The notes beneath the pieces were generated by a model. The model saw only the letters and a program-made list of their open reading frames with translations. It was not told the origin of the DNA and ran no database searches. A stretch of DNA of 63,539 nt, the filler included, from Phoronis australis (lineage: Eukaryota; Animalia; Phoronida), in NCBI GenBank assembly GCA_002633005.1. It is 11 parts of 11 records of this genome, joined end to end, with 100 filler letters (N's around TTAATTAATTAA, not from the genome) between each part and the next. Parts side by side here need not be neighbours in the genome. Positions count along the whole stretch, not along the records: positions 1 to 2,555 come from NMRA01003612.1; positions 2,656 to 5,413 come from NMRA01003443.1; positions 5,514 to 8,422 come from NMRA01003328.1; positions 8,523 to 17,093 come from NMRA01000511.1; 7 more parts are not named here. One strand, 5' to 3'. Numbering within the stretch: the stretch's first letter is position 1; the number at the start of each line of letters is the position of its first letter. Shown here in pieces: positions 1 through 12,275 of this stretch. A program made the translations under genes and the position numbers.

Positions 1-450
1 CGCTTTATCTATTCTGTAATCCATGTCCTGTAATTTCGTGGTGACTACTTTGGATGGAGTGTTTTTCTATAGGGTGACTGTAAGTTTTTTATTGAATCGC
101 AATACTGTAGTATCGATGTCAAATCCACTGAGAACGTGCATGTATGTATGACATGGTGATCCAAGTGACCGATGTGGGCAGAAGGAACGTGGACGAAATA
201 AAACTGAGGATGTTGGTAACACAGAAATCAATGCAAAATTTGGAAGTTGCAGAGATTCTTGTAAGCTCGTTGATCAGTTGTACAAAGTCGTTTGCAAGTA
301 GAACGTTCAAAGCCCGCATGATTATCGTGGTCGCCAGGAAACCAGGTATTATTTCGATCGCTGAAGATTTTGAAAGTTCAGAATGTTGTTTGGATAACAG
401 GTTGAAATATGCTTTGCGCTCGACGGAGGACTGAGACGAGGAACAATAGA
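1..450 (-). mobile_element. Degraded LINE (CR1/L2-like) endonuclease-region fragment
   Basis: Minus-strand translation NDFVQLINELTRISATSKFCIDFCVTN...HIGHLDHH matches the QLI.EPTR...LD...TN...SDH pattern of apurinic endonuclease domains; frameshifted. Confidence 0.65.
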
Positions 451-786
451 AGAAACCGTATTTAATTTTTTATAATTTACATGTAATTCAATCCAGCATT
501 AGCATGAACTTTCCCAAATTTTATCAGACAACATCTTATAAATCACAGATTTTTGAAGAAACAATATTATACTTCGGCCATTGTAGCTATGATATGCTAA
601 AGAATAATCAGGATTAGATAATTTAGTTTTGAGTTCGTCACAAGTAATTTTTCGAGACTGGCATATTGCAACAACACTTATAAGACATTCGCATATAATT
701 CGTTAGCAGTGACGTTGTTGGAAAATTACAAATCGACATAACTTCACGCTATACGCTATAACAGTTGTAATGTGTATACATTTCAG

Positions 787-959
787 AGTTAGCGACTGAT
801 TTGGATAAGACGTCGTCGACAATGACAGCTGCGAGGGGGTTTCCTACATGCGGTTCCAGTTTGGGGACGGAAACTACAGGAGGTCTGTCAGACGACGGAG
901 ACGACATGCCACCCCCTCACAAAAAGATGTCGATTCAAAGCAGCGCCGAAAACCCAGAG
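787..959 (+). CDS. Candidate internal exon of an unknown host gene
   Basis: tttcag acceptor at 781-786, open frame LATDLDKTSSTMTAARG...DDGDDMPPPHKKMSIQSSAENPE, gtatgt donor at 960; GC-richer than flanks. Confidence 0.4.
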
Positions 960-1576
960 GTATGTTAAACAGGTGTTCAATCTTTGGTATCCAAAGCTTG
1001 TCCTCATGAAGTAAATAAATTTCTCACAAGAACTGTAATGTGTTACGACACGGTTGGTTAATAACACCGAGTACGTAACTTTTTATATTACATGTGAGAA
1101 TCATGAAATAAATCAACGTTGAAATCCAAACGCCTTACATTCCATAGTATGCAAAACATTAGTAGGCCTACAAACAAGCAAGCAATGCTGGAATACCGTG
1201 AAGGTGACAAGTTTACGATTGACAGATCGCGTGTAAGTACTCGCACTTTCAGCACAGTAATATTTCCTGTATTATAACGTCCGCCTCTAACAATCCGACA
1301 CGCTTCAATATGACACAAAAAGTAGCATCATGCGTGTACTCGCAGGCGGAAGAAAATGCAAACAACTTCTTATACGGACCCATCTTTCGCGACGAATTCC
1401 ATATCCACGCTCTTTCAATCCGAGACGAACCCATTTTCACGTAAGATGTCTCTCTAGTACGATTGCGACCGATCTTTCACGTATGGCACTTCATTTTTAC
1501 ATAATATCATAAAATGGGTGATGACACTCGTGAGATATTACCGGTTTGTATCCGCGTCAAATCAACCGTGGAAAAA

Positions 1577-2316
1577 CCATTGTCTACAAAATAGTTTGTT
1601 TCTTGTTTAAAATACTGGTTCAAAATACTGGAGATGTCTAGTAATCGTGGGGTAAAATCTGCATATGATATGCTTTTTCAGTCAGACCTGATCAGAAGAT
1701 CTTCCTATAATTCGGCAAGTTTTGTAAGGAAAATTCTGTCTGCGTATGGTTTTTCAGAAGTATGGATTAATCAGGGTGTGGTAAATCAAGCGTATTTCTT
1801 GACTGTTTTTTCTCAACGTGTCAACGACTGTTATTTGCAAGGTTGGCAATCTGATATCGAATGTAACGCAAAACTGCCTTACTATGTGGAGTACAAAACA
1901 AAGTATAATCTTGAGAATTATCTAGAAATGGTTAGTATCCCACGTGTTTTTATCCAGTCTCTAGCTGACTCGATTGCGATGTTCGAATCATTCGTTACTA
2001 GTGGAAAGAGGTTGCCACACAAATATTCCCTATGGAAACAGGTTGTGTGAATTATGTAATTATGGGTGTCACGAATACCACTTTGTGTTAGTTTGTAGTG
2101 CGTACCAAGACCTTCGGGTTAATTATTTAAGTGATCGTTTTTGTCATTCTCCCCCAACTCATCTAACTTTGATTCTCTCATGAGAACTCCATCACGCTCT
2201 CAATCGTCATAAGGTATTATCCAATTTAAAACGTGGCACCTAACAATGTTCTGTCTTGTACATGATATACTTGGGGCCTGTGGCCATGTGTATATGTCTC
2301 CATAAATCATATTAAT
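1577..2316 (+). mobile_element. 5'-truncated non-LTR retrotransposon (RTE-X-like C-terminal region)
   Basis: ORFs 1634-2050 and 1974-2183 give YGFSEVWINQ...RCSNHSLLVERG...RLCELC...EYHFVLVC (CCHC knuckle) across a frameshift; flanked by a 63-bp direct repeat (1514-1576, 2317-2379). Confidence 0.75.
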
Positions 2317-2555
2317 ATGGGTGATGAGACTCGTGAGATATTACCGGTTTGTATCCGCGTAAAATCAACCGTGGAAAAAAGGTTCGCTATTGTTGAAATT
2401 TGAATGAATTTTGTAGTAGTTAGGTTTGCCTTCTGAAAAATGGTGATTATAATCCTTGTAGCAGAGAAAATCCCTATTTGCCGACCCGTTTATGTAGCAA
2501 GATAAAAGGTTATCTCCCTTGTGATGCGTCCTTAGGGAATGCAATGAGCTATATG

Positions 2556-2655
2556 NNNNNNNNNNNNNNNNNNNNNNNNNNNNNNNNNNNNNNNNNNNNT
2601 TAATTAATTAANNNNNNNNNNNNNNNNNNNNNNNNNNNNNNNNNNNNNNNNNNNN
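2556..2655. other. Artificial contig linker
   Basis: N44-TTAATTAATTAA-N44. Confidence 0.98.
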
Positions 2656-3631
2656 CCTGCCAAATTTCAATAAGATCCTGCAAAGGGTTAAGGAGATATA
2701 GCCGCGGACGATTAACACCAGGATGCCCAGACAGAGATGACGGCAATATGCACCTACATATAAATACATGGGCGTATTAAAAAAGCGTCAGGTGAAAAGA
2801 ACTTCACATGCTGGTCGCTCGGGTGGCCGGGCCAGTAGAAGCTCACTAGCTGGTCTCCCAGGGGGTGACCAAATTTTAAGAGTGGTTGGGCACTTTATCA
2901 TTTTTTGTGTAGAGTTCAAAGAAACAGTCTTCTCACTATCTCACTATGGTGTTCTTTACTTGGCCATAAGCCTCGTTGCAAACAGACATTACACACTCTT
3001 AAGAGGTACCATTTAAAATAAATATGTTCAAATTATTTTAAAAATGGTAAGGATGTGGAAACTAATTTTGAGTGCCGCATGCCATTGCATCTGAAACAGT
3101 GACATCACATCCTGGTTTGCGGGTTCTCAGCTGGAAATGTCGCTCACTAAGATTATTCAGCCACGAACATTCATTCTGTGTCACAAGTTTATTTTTCAGA
3201 AGAATCTCTCTTTTATTGCAATTTTGATACCCCATATTTACCCACTTCCAAAGTTACAGACAGGCATGGTGAGGTCACGTAAAACTGTTCGAGTGACCTA
3301 TTTTTCCAAATGCAACACATGGAGACCGACTCGTTACATCCCAAAGCAATGCGTAACTATTGGACTGGCTAACACAATGACTAAGAAACCGCCGACGTCC
3401 TGTGCTCTTTGCGAATACTTCCCTCTTTGGAAATACTATACGGCTCTTGCAAATAGAAATGTTTATCAAAAGGTATGGCCGCCGAATATTTTCTAGGGGC
3501 AAGCTGGGACGAACATTATGTTTATTTTTACCTTGCCTTATGTTTTAAAAAAGAACAGCATCAGCGCATTCTTAGTCAACACATCAGCGATGAGTGCTTG
3601 TGACTTTTCCTAATCACATTCTCTTTAACTA

Positions 3632-4021
3632 CAAGGTACCTAAACTACACATTCAACGGACTCATAAACACGGACACGGACGCATGAACACGACTCACGG
3701 ACCTGCAAACACCGTTGACTGACTCACAAACACGGGAACGGACTCACAAAACACGATCCACGCACCCAAATACACGGGACACCGACCGCCAAACACGGGT
3801 CACGGACTCATCGGCTTCCTGGGTCAGCTGAATCTCTATTTTGTCCGTAAACCGTGTTTGGCGTTAACCGTGTTTCCCCGTGAATATGAGTCCGTGTCCC
3901 ATGTAATTGGGTGCGTGGATCGTGTTTTCAGTCTGTTCCCGTGTTTGTGAGTCAGTGGACTGTGTTTGCAGGTCCGTGTCCGTGTTTATGAGTCTGTTGA
4001 TCGTGTAGTTTAGGTACCTTG
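3632..4021. mobile_element. Palindromic MITE with 5-bp TSD
   Basis: Ends CAAGGTACCTAAACTACAC / GTGTAGTTTAGGTACCTTG, internal ACACGG/GGACTCA motifs mirrored in the right half; AACTA on both flanks (3627-3631, 4022-4026). Confidence 0.8.
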
Positions 4022-4177
4022 AACTAGACCAAAGAGTATACGCATGCACACTGCACCCCACAGTGTGAATCAACAGAACTAGAGGTCTTACAATTTAGTT
4101 CAGTGAGTGATGCATAAGTCAGGAACAATAAATTGTCTGTGTCCCTTGGTAGGATTAGACTAGGAATTCTCAAATTC

Positions 4178-4520
4178 TTAAAGGAGAATGCCACCCGATT
4201 TAATTAGTGTTTTTTGCCATCTTAATCGGTCTATATCCACATCGCCTCACATAAAGTCGACCTTACCATGCCAAGAGGTGTCGCGTTAACCTGTGAGGAA
4301 GGTGAGAAACGACGCTAGCGACGTCAGTGGTTCATATGCAGAGTGAATGCCGCTATGTTGCGGTGTATTGTTCCCGCTTGTCCGAACTAAGCAGCTGTGA
4401 GGAAAGCGGGTTTATCGTTTTTTACTTCCTCGAGAGTGCGAAATGCTTAGGAAGTGGCTCGTGGTAGTGAAGAATGAAATGTACACTGTAAATAGCAAGT
4501 ATGAGACCGTGAAACTTCTC
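4178..4520 (+). mobile_element. End of a TTAA-associated non-autonomous DNA element (Kolobok-like), copy 1
   Basis: Starts TTAA-AGGAGAATGCCACCCGATTTT; reverse-complement homologue at about 44530-44877 ends at the same TTAA. Confidence 0.6.
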
Positions 4521-5413
4521 CGTGTCTGTGGCCTGCAGACGTCGACAGTGCCTGACAAATGCCGGCTTACTGGCCAAATAACTCCATACGTTTCGTTGTC
4601 TGAGCTTGTTCACGGCGCCTCTCTAGTATTTCTTCATCACTGTATTCCTGTTCGAATTGATGGCCTGTAAAACTTAACGATCCACCTGCGAAGTCGGGAC
4701 TGATGAGCTCTAGCTCGTCCTAAGTCGGGATTGCGAGTTGCCATGTTGGCGTTTATTACAGAGCGTTCTGTTTCAAAATGAATTATTCTCACCCTAACCA
4801 ATACTTAAATAAAACTGAAACAAAGTCTGTCTCATTAGATGCAATTTGTAATGCCTTTGGAGTGTTCGTGAGTGCAAATGATTTGAGAAGCCAGCAATGA
4901 ATAAATCAATGCGTTACGGGCTTTTGGTGCAATAAAACTAATTGACAGGACACCGAGGCCGTGTGAGCTCATGCTAATTTAGTGTTTGCTGGCAGAAACT
5001 GTTGTGAAACAACTCGATTACCATCCAACGGCCAGGTGTTAGGGGAATCTTTATTTACATTTACATTACTCAAATAATGATTGTCAATGTACAACTTCTG
5101 CCCTGACAGTGCTGTGGCCTAACGGAACCTCAATTCGCGGCCCCCGACGAGTAAGTAGATTTGCAGTTTCGTGGCTAATTCACCAACATAATCAGGTACA
5201 CATTACTTTGGATCACTAGTATAGTATTTTCTTGACTGAAAGTTTAGTTTCCACTGAACTTTGGCTGGTTTATGTTCGTGATGTCTGATCAGTTTCCGAG
5301 CCACTGGCCGGGATAACGAGTCAATCCAGCCGGCAACGACAGGCCTGATCGGGCTCCGAGCCACTGGCCAGGATAACAAGCGTTTTGTGTTTAGAACTCA
5401 AAAAATCGCAAGT

Positions 5414-5513
5414 NNNNNNNNNNNNNNNNNNNNNNNNNNNNNNNNNNNNNNNNNNNNTTAATTAATTAANNNNNNNNNNNNNNNNNNNNNNNNNNNNNNN
5501 NNNNNNNNNNNNN
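5414..5513. other. Artificial contig linker
   Basis: N44-TTAATTAATTAA-N44. Confidence 0.98.
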
Positions 5514-8422
5514 TCATAATTCAATCAGTGTTGGCTGCCTTGTTAATACTATAGGTTGTCCAGACTTGTGTATGTATTATCAATAAACCGATAGATTGAG
5601 TGGCAAACACAAACTGGCTTGATAGGCCATCCCAATGGACATGGGGGGTGCATCAGGGAGGTACAATAGTAAACTTGTGAATGTGTAGCAGATTGAAAAA
5701 ATGATCAAGTTACTCAGAGTTCCTCAGAACGGAACATTCAAAAGTGATTGACCTGCAATTACAAATACATCTTTGAAAGTCCATGTCACGACTGTTCGGA
5801 GGTTGTATGTTAAGTCTTAGGATAAATGCAATGAACTGGTATCAAAAGTCCAAAATGTCCTAATTTTCATAAAAAAGGACTAATCTCCCAATTCTTCAAA
5901 CTCATTGCATAGGTTTCCAAACTCGCCGTAAGTAAGCCAAACTCATCACCGCAAAATTCAAACTTGATGCAGTCACGAGTCAAAATAGGTTGTCAGAACA
6001 CTGGATCTACCAAGAAGTCTATGTCAAAATTGTAAACATTTCACGTTTGTCTTATTTAACAAATGCCTATTGCACAACAAAAATTAAAAATTTCGTCATT
6101 TTCTGTCTACGCATAAAATAAGCACTTTTTGTATCTACACAATGAAAACTTTTGACCAGTCAAGAAGTTTGACATAGTTCCCCAAAAAGCTGTAAAGCAG
6201 TCGTTTTACAACACTGTCTGATTTATAAAACATTTTGAACATCGTTTTTTACTTCAAATAATAGATAAATTTAATTTAGTCTAAAAATGTGGATTTTGTG
6301 ATCAGTTTTTATTATTATGGCCCTAAATAATAACAGGTGACATTAAATTTCACAATGACCTCATACTACATAATCAAACCATCAAATTTGTTTCATTGAA
6401 AATGCGAGAGCCATCAAAATAAAATACCGAGGAAAAAATAACGGTTTTAACCAACCTATTTGCAGAAGTCAAAACACTAAAATTTGAGATACCTGGTACT
6501 TAAAATACAGAAAACCATTACTCACGCCCACATAAGAAAGTCATTAAAGTGGAAATAGAAATAATAAAAGCTGTTAAAACTTCAAACTGAAATCATGCAA
6601 TGGAATTAATCTGTTTCCAAAGGATTTCAATAATCAACTTAAATCAACACGTAAATTTCAAATTTTGCCACAGAGGCAGCAGTGACCTTCTGTTCTCCAT
6701 ATTTTTTAAAAATTCAACTATAAATTAAAATTGCGTTGAACAACCTTGAGTGGAAAAAATCATGCCGATTTGAGAAGAAGACTTTGAGCTTGTCAAATGT
6801 GCAAGTTTAAAATCCAAAGTTAATAATTACCGATTTTACTCGACAACGTTTAGATGGGAAGTGTAATGTGTAGCATTGGTAGTACAGGCGTGAGCAATCA
6901 GGAGACAGATTATGTCCAATACAGTTAGGACAAATCTCATTATATCTACATGAAAGCCGTCAACGCAAGGTTTTGTCAATATCAAAATCAGCTACAATTT
7001 CTAAATTTAGCCTCTCATCTCCAGTCAAAATGTGCTCTCAAGACAGCTCACTGGTAATGAGAAATGCGCGGAAGACAGTGTAGAATGGAATACACAGGTT
7101 TATGAATTTGAAGCTCATACCTGGCAAACTGAACACAATTCCCACTTCCCGAATTCAACTTTTTGCTTTAGCGGAGGTAGAAAAATGAACTGTATGACCG
7201 ACATAGTTTGTGAAAGGTGGAGCCACAAACACAATTCTGAGCCGAGTTGGTAAAGAACAATTTATCGCAACACAATCGGACAATCAAACAATTTTATAAA
7301 CCTTGCAACTCACCATGAAACAGTAACATTTAATCGGTATTAGAATTACGAATGGTGATGTACAAGAGTGATTACTAAAGCACCAGTGGGACAATTGGCC
7401 TACTAACATTGTGGGTAAACATTGCAGAATCAAACGGGGAACTGCTGGTAATTTAGGAATTCAAAGTAGCTATTCAATAACCTCTGGTGTTTACGAATTT
7501 CAAATAAAAACTCGAAACATTTCACCAAAATACCTCCGAAAACCAATCAGAATATGCTGAATCTGTCCAAAAGTGTTCTCATCTGCTTAATGGAAGCAAA
7601 AACTCATGAAAATCAATCAAAGGAATTCTGTAGACTTAGAAGCCAATGTAAAAAAATGAAGTTGTCACTAGAGGGCGCACCGATAGTCAAATCCACAAGA
7701 GATTTGCTCGTACCTTCTCAAGTATGATAAGAACATGTCTACAAAATTTCAAGAACATCCATGAAGAGGTTTTGGAGATACGACAGAGTGCAGACGCAAG
7801 ATGGACATCAGAAACAGTCTCCACAAATTCAAAACTGAAAATTCAGATTGCGATCCCGACCTAAATTTTAGAGAATTAATTCTTTCTTCACAATCTGAAA
7901 TTACGAAACCATTACCATGTACTACCGATGTGCGGTACAACTCACATTAGTCAAAACCAACTCAAGACAGTGAATTTACTTGCACAAACTACAACAAAAA
8001 TTGTCTAAATTTGTCAATGAGCTTTTAACTTATGAGAGTTTCACTGCAAATCAGTTTTATAACACCTTTTACCTAGTGAAAAGCATGAGGTAATTCTTTC
8101 ATTACTTCCCACAAAATCACTGCCGAAATTAAGGCCTCTCCATTTCTCAGAAACTGGCCAACCCTATTACTACAAATGATCAAATCTTTAGCAGTTGGTG
8201 TGTTATGGCAACTCTACGGTACAAATCATGCTACTGATGAGAGTAAAAATTTCTTAATTTTTGTTTTTCTGATATTATTTCGAAAATGAAATTCCACTTT
8301 TTTGCCATATGGGTAGACAAGATACGGGAAGAACTACCGTACTACCGCGGATGTTACGAACCCACCTCATTGCGATGCCCCGTCAGATTATAGTTGACTC
8401 TGTTAGGTGCGTCAATGCTCCT

Positions 8423-8522
8423 NNNNNNNNNNNNNNNNNNNNNNNNNNNNNNNNNNNNNNNNNNNNTTAATTAATTAANNNNNNNNNNNNNNNNNNNNNN
8501 NNNNNNNNNNNNNNNNNNNNNN
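8423..8522. other. Artificial contig linker
   Basis: N44-TTAATTAATTAA-N44. Confidence 0.98.
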
Positions 8523-9723
8523 GGTATACTGTTAGATGAAAAACTCTCATTCACCCCTTACATTCGGGAGCTCGTACAAAAAACTCAGGAACTAATTAAC
8601 CCACTTAAGCTTGTCTCTCGTCATCTGAAATCTACACATTTAGAAGTTTTGTTCAAATCCTTTATACTTCTACACATCGATTATTGGGATATTATATATC
8701 TGTCTGCCAATACGGGTGCACTCCAACATTTGGAGAAGTTACAATATCAAGCCGCCTTACTCATAACCGGAGCTTACAGTGGATCCAATAGTGTTGAGGT
8801 TTTGAATAGTCTCAAGTGGCCCAAACTGTCTACTCGACGCAATGTTCACATGACCACATTTACTTTCAAAGTAATAAACAATGTCAACAACGTTTCTGTC
8901 CAAAATATTTGATCTATACACTAGACAAGGCCATCGTAGTGATTTGAGATCATCCACCCCGTATGCAATTCCTCCATCGTTCAGTCAGGCATTCAGAAGT
9001 TCTACAGTCATGATGTGCATCAACAACTGAAATTCTCTTGCAGTCTCTGTTAAGGAAAGCAACTCTTTTACGACCATAAAAAAATTTAGAACTGTTTTTC
9101 ATAATTTTGATGACTCAACATCCTTGACTCAATTTTCCCTTGACCGCGATAAAAAATAGCATTGTACAGATCAAGATGTGGTCTTCTCCTCAACTCTGAC
9201 AAGTTCAGGCGCAACTTAAGTAATGCCTCTCCAAGCTGGAAATTTGGTGACCATCAATCTAATTCTCATATTTTTTCAAATGTCCCCTCATCGAATACCT
9301 GAGAGACTCACTCTTTCGTGCACTCAATGAAAACCAATTAATTGTTAATGCTCTCAATTCTTGTAATAATATTCCTACTAGAGTTACATTATTATTGAAA
9401 GGTAGTCCTAACCTTGACCTCGTTCTCAACGAATTCCTCCTAAGCAACGTTAGTAAATTTTTATGTATCGTTTATCAATATTGTTGCATCTGATTTCCAT
9501 ACATGAATCTGTACAAATGTTTGTTTTTATATATTCGTAATAGCATATCTAAGTATCGGAATACTTATGTTAGATATTATTTAATTGCATATACCTCTAT
9601 GTGTATTAGTTTCGTTTATGAATTGTTTACAACCCAGATATAATGCTTCGCGATTTCTGGGTTTGTCATTATTTCTTTGTATGTTGTGTGTTTTCTTCAA
9701 TAAATATATATCACTTAAAAAAA
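8523..9723 (+). mobile_element. CR1/L2-like LINE 3' portion (post-RT region, 3' UTR, A-tail)
   Basis: GILLDEKLSFTPYI...LFKSFILLHIDYWDIIY...LEKLQYQAALLITGA...LKWPKLSTRR is typical of the CR1 ORF2 C-terminus; ends in AATAAA and an A-run near 9699-9723. Confidence 0.8.
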
Positions 9724-9724
9724 C

Positions 9725-10110
9725 TGTCAAGGACAAGACCCTCAAGGTGAATAAACCATGTGTTGTCTATGATGTCAGGTGTAAGGATCCCCAGTGCTCA
9801 GACAGTTACATGTACATTGGTTAAACGAAACAGTCCATTAAAATGCGTAAGTCACAACGTCGTCGTCCTAGTTACGGGGACACTTATGATGTGGACATTT
9901 TTAGCCACTGGTGTGCTACTGGAAACGATTTCAATACCGATGATGTTACCATCTTAGACTGTGAAGAAGACTGGTTCAAAAGGGGTGTAAAGTAAGCTCT
10001 CCATGAGCGCATTGAGAGTCCCTCTTTAAATAAAAGAGGCGGTTTAAGATTGGATTTGTCACACGTATGGGATGGTGTGCTGAGGTCAATGCCGCGCCGT
10101 TTAGCCAAAA
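9725..10110 (+). mobile_element. Penelope-like element GIY-YIG endonuclease remnant
   Basis: CVVYDVRCKDPQCSDSYMYIG*TKQ...VTILDCEEDWFKRGVK*ALHERIESPSLNKRGGLRLDLSHVWD, with in-frame stops. Confidence 0.85.
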
Positions 10111-10279
10111 CGCCACCAATTGGCCAGAATAACGATAACGTCACAAGCCAAGCTGAAATCCATGAGATGCGGACGCAACATCGCTAATATTTGTAAGTTT
10201 TACATCCAGTATTAGACTCAAACTTGATCTGTTTTCTCAACTTGTTGTCTCAAAATTTTTATGCTTTATATGTCTTGTA

Positions 10280-10595
10280 ATTGACTACAGACTGCTACAA
10301 TAAAATAGGATAAAAGCCAATGGTCAAACACTCTATGCTGCAAACCCAGGCATTAATATTGTCTTATATCAACAGGACTGACTGGAGAATCTTGTTTTTC
10401 CCGAAGACAGTTGCAGATTGGAATAGCATGCCCGGCTACAAAATGTCAGTCCCAATTCTTGAGATCTGTAACAGCAAGCTGTCTGCTTTCGTAAAGTGAC
10501 ATTGTGGGGATGGGCACCCGTTCCTTCCTGCCCTGTTCTCAACCTGTCTATACCGACCAATCTTCTAAATGATGTCTGCTACGTAAAAATCTAAT
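10280..10595 (+). mobile_element. Short 3' fragment of a second CR1/L2-like LINE
   Basis: TDWRILFFPKTVADWNSMP resembles the conserved SFFPRTI.DWN.LP terminal motif. Confidence 0.55.
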
Positions 10596-12275
10596 ATTAA
10601 CCTTATAATCTTTTTGTTTTATTGTTTCTTCGCCATTTATACAACAAGACAATATCGTGGACAGAATATTGTCACTAAACTCTTAGAATGCAGATCAAAT
10701 TAGAAGACACGGATGTTTCTATTAAACGACATCTAAGAATAACACATCATCACGTTTAACCAGGGCATTGGTAAACGATGCACTGCTGGCATATTTTAAA
10801 GCTTCGTGTAGTAAAATAACATATAACATAAATTATCACAATTGCTACAGTTCAAAAGAAAAGCATGAAAGCTTTAAACACAAACTGCCAACCTGTTAAA
10901 GCAAGTTTCACGTTTGTTGTTTTTTCATATAGATAATCTGATTGCTAGTGTAGAGCGAAGATATTGTCAGTGAATGGTATGCTTAGCAAAACAGTCACAC
11001 TATGGAGTAAATTTCTTGTTGACTTATATAGCCACTCGGACTACCCACGGCTGCAGAATGAAAATCATGGTTCAATCACAACGAAAGAAGGGGGTGCATT
11101 ACTTTTTAATACTTATTTGGATAGTTAACACTCAGAACTTTACCCAGCTGTTCTAGGGACCAAATGCGGTAGAATAATATTTTTTGCGATCGCATTCTCC
11201 CCGCAAAATCAACTTTTAAATCGCGCAAGGCCAAAATATTACGTCATTGGTTCTGGGCCCGAGGTCTAATCTTTCTAATGGAAGTCGAACTTGAAATTAT
11301 TTTTGAGGTTTTCTGTTCTACTTAAATTCAAAATAAATGTCTTACGTAATAACTCTGAGCTCGAATAGCTTAGGATTTTCTTGGGTTACTGTCTAATAGT
11401 ACTAGTTTGCACTTGATGACATTAGCATTAAAGCTATCATGCCTGGGTTGGAATCCTAACTTTCAAGTTGATAGTCGAATCGTAGCTTGAATCGTGGGTC
11501 ATCAAATGCAAATCTGGAATAGAAACTCGTGTGTCGGTAAATTATAACATACTGGAGCATATAATCTTGAATTTGTATTCAATGAAAAGTGGTCATAATA
11601 AGATTGAGTTCAATTCCAGTACAAGAGTTTAGGATTACTTCAAAAAACCAGCGCCCAACTTTTAAAAGAGATCCTGACCCGTTTTAGCCGAAATTAGACG
11701 ATGCTGGAAAGGCCACCAATTTCAGTTGGCGTTTTCTACTGGACAACTTAACACTAGCTCTTCATCACATTATTAGTTTTCAAAAAATGACAGACTAGAA
11801 TTCATATGCTATTTCATTTGGCCCAACAGTCGCGAATTCACTGGCCTTAGAATCAAAATGAGCTTGGTCAGTTTCTGCCCCACATTACCAATGTAGAATG
11901 ACGCAGTGCGCAACACGAGTCATTCTAACTTTATTTTGAGGAGAATCAGTGGACCGTCGATCAAGCACCGCTATTCTAATTTTCTTTTGTCAGAGTAAAA
12001 TGTTAGCAGCGTTGTGTATTTCTCTTAGTTACTTCGTATCGCAAGCAAACCGTGGTTACATCTTACAAAGAAAGAAACAACAGATATAGAGTTGGAGTAA
12101 ATGTCGACGTCAGTCTCGGCTGTGTTGTCTGTATGTTGTGATATCCTTTTCTTTATAAAACGTTGGTCTTGGCCTGGTGCGACACTTGACGCCAGAAGAG
12201 CCCAGCAGAGGCACACTGTTACCACGTGACCTGTCACCTGTGAAGACCACGTGACGAGATTGTCTAGGCCTCAAT

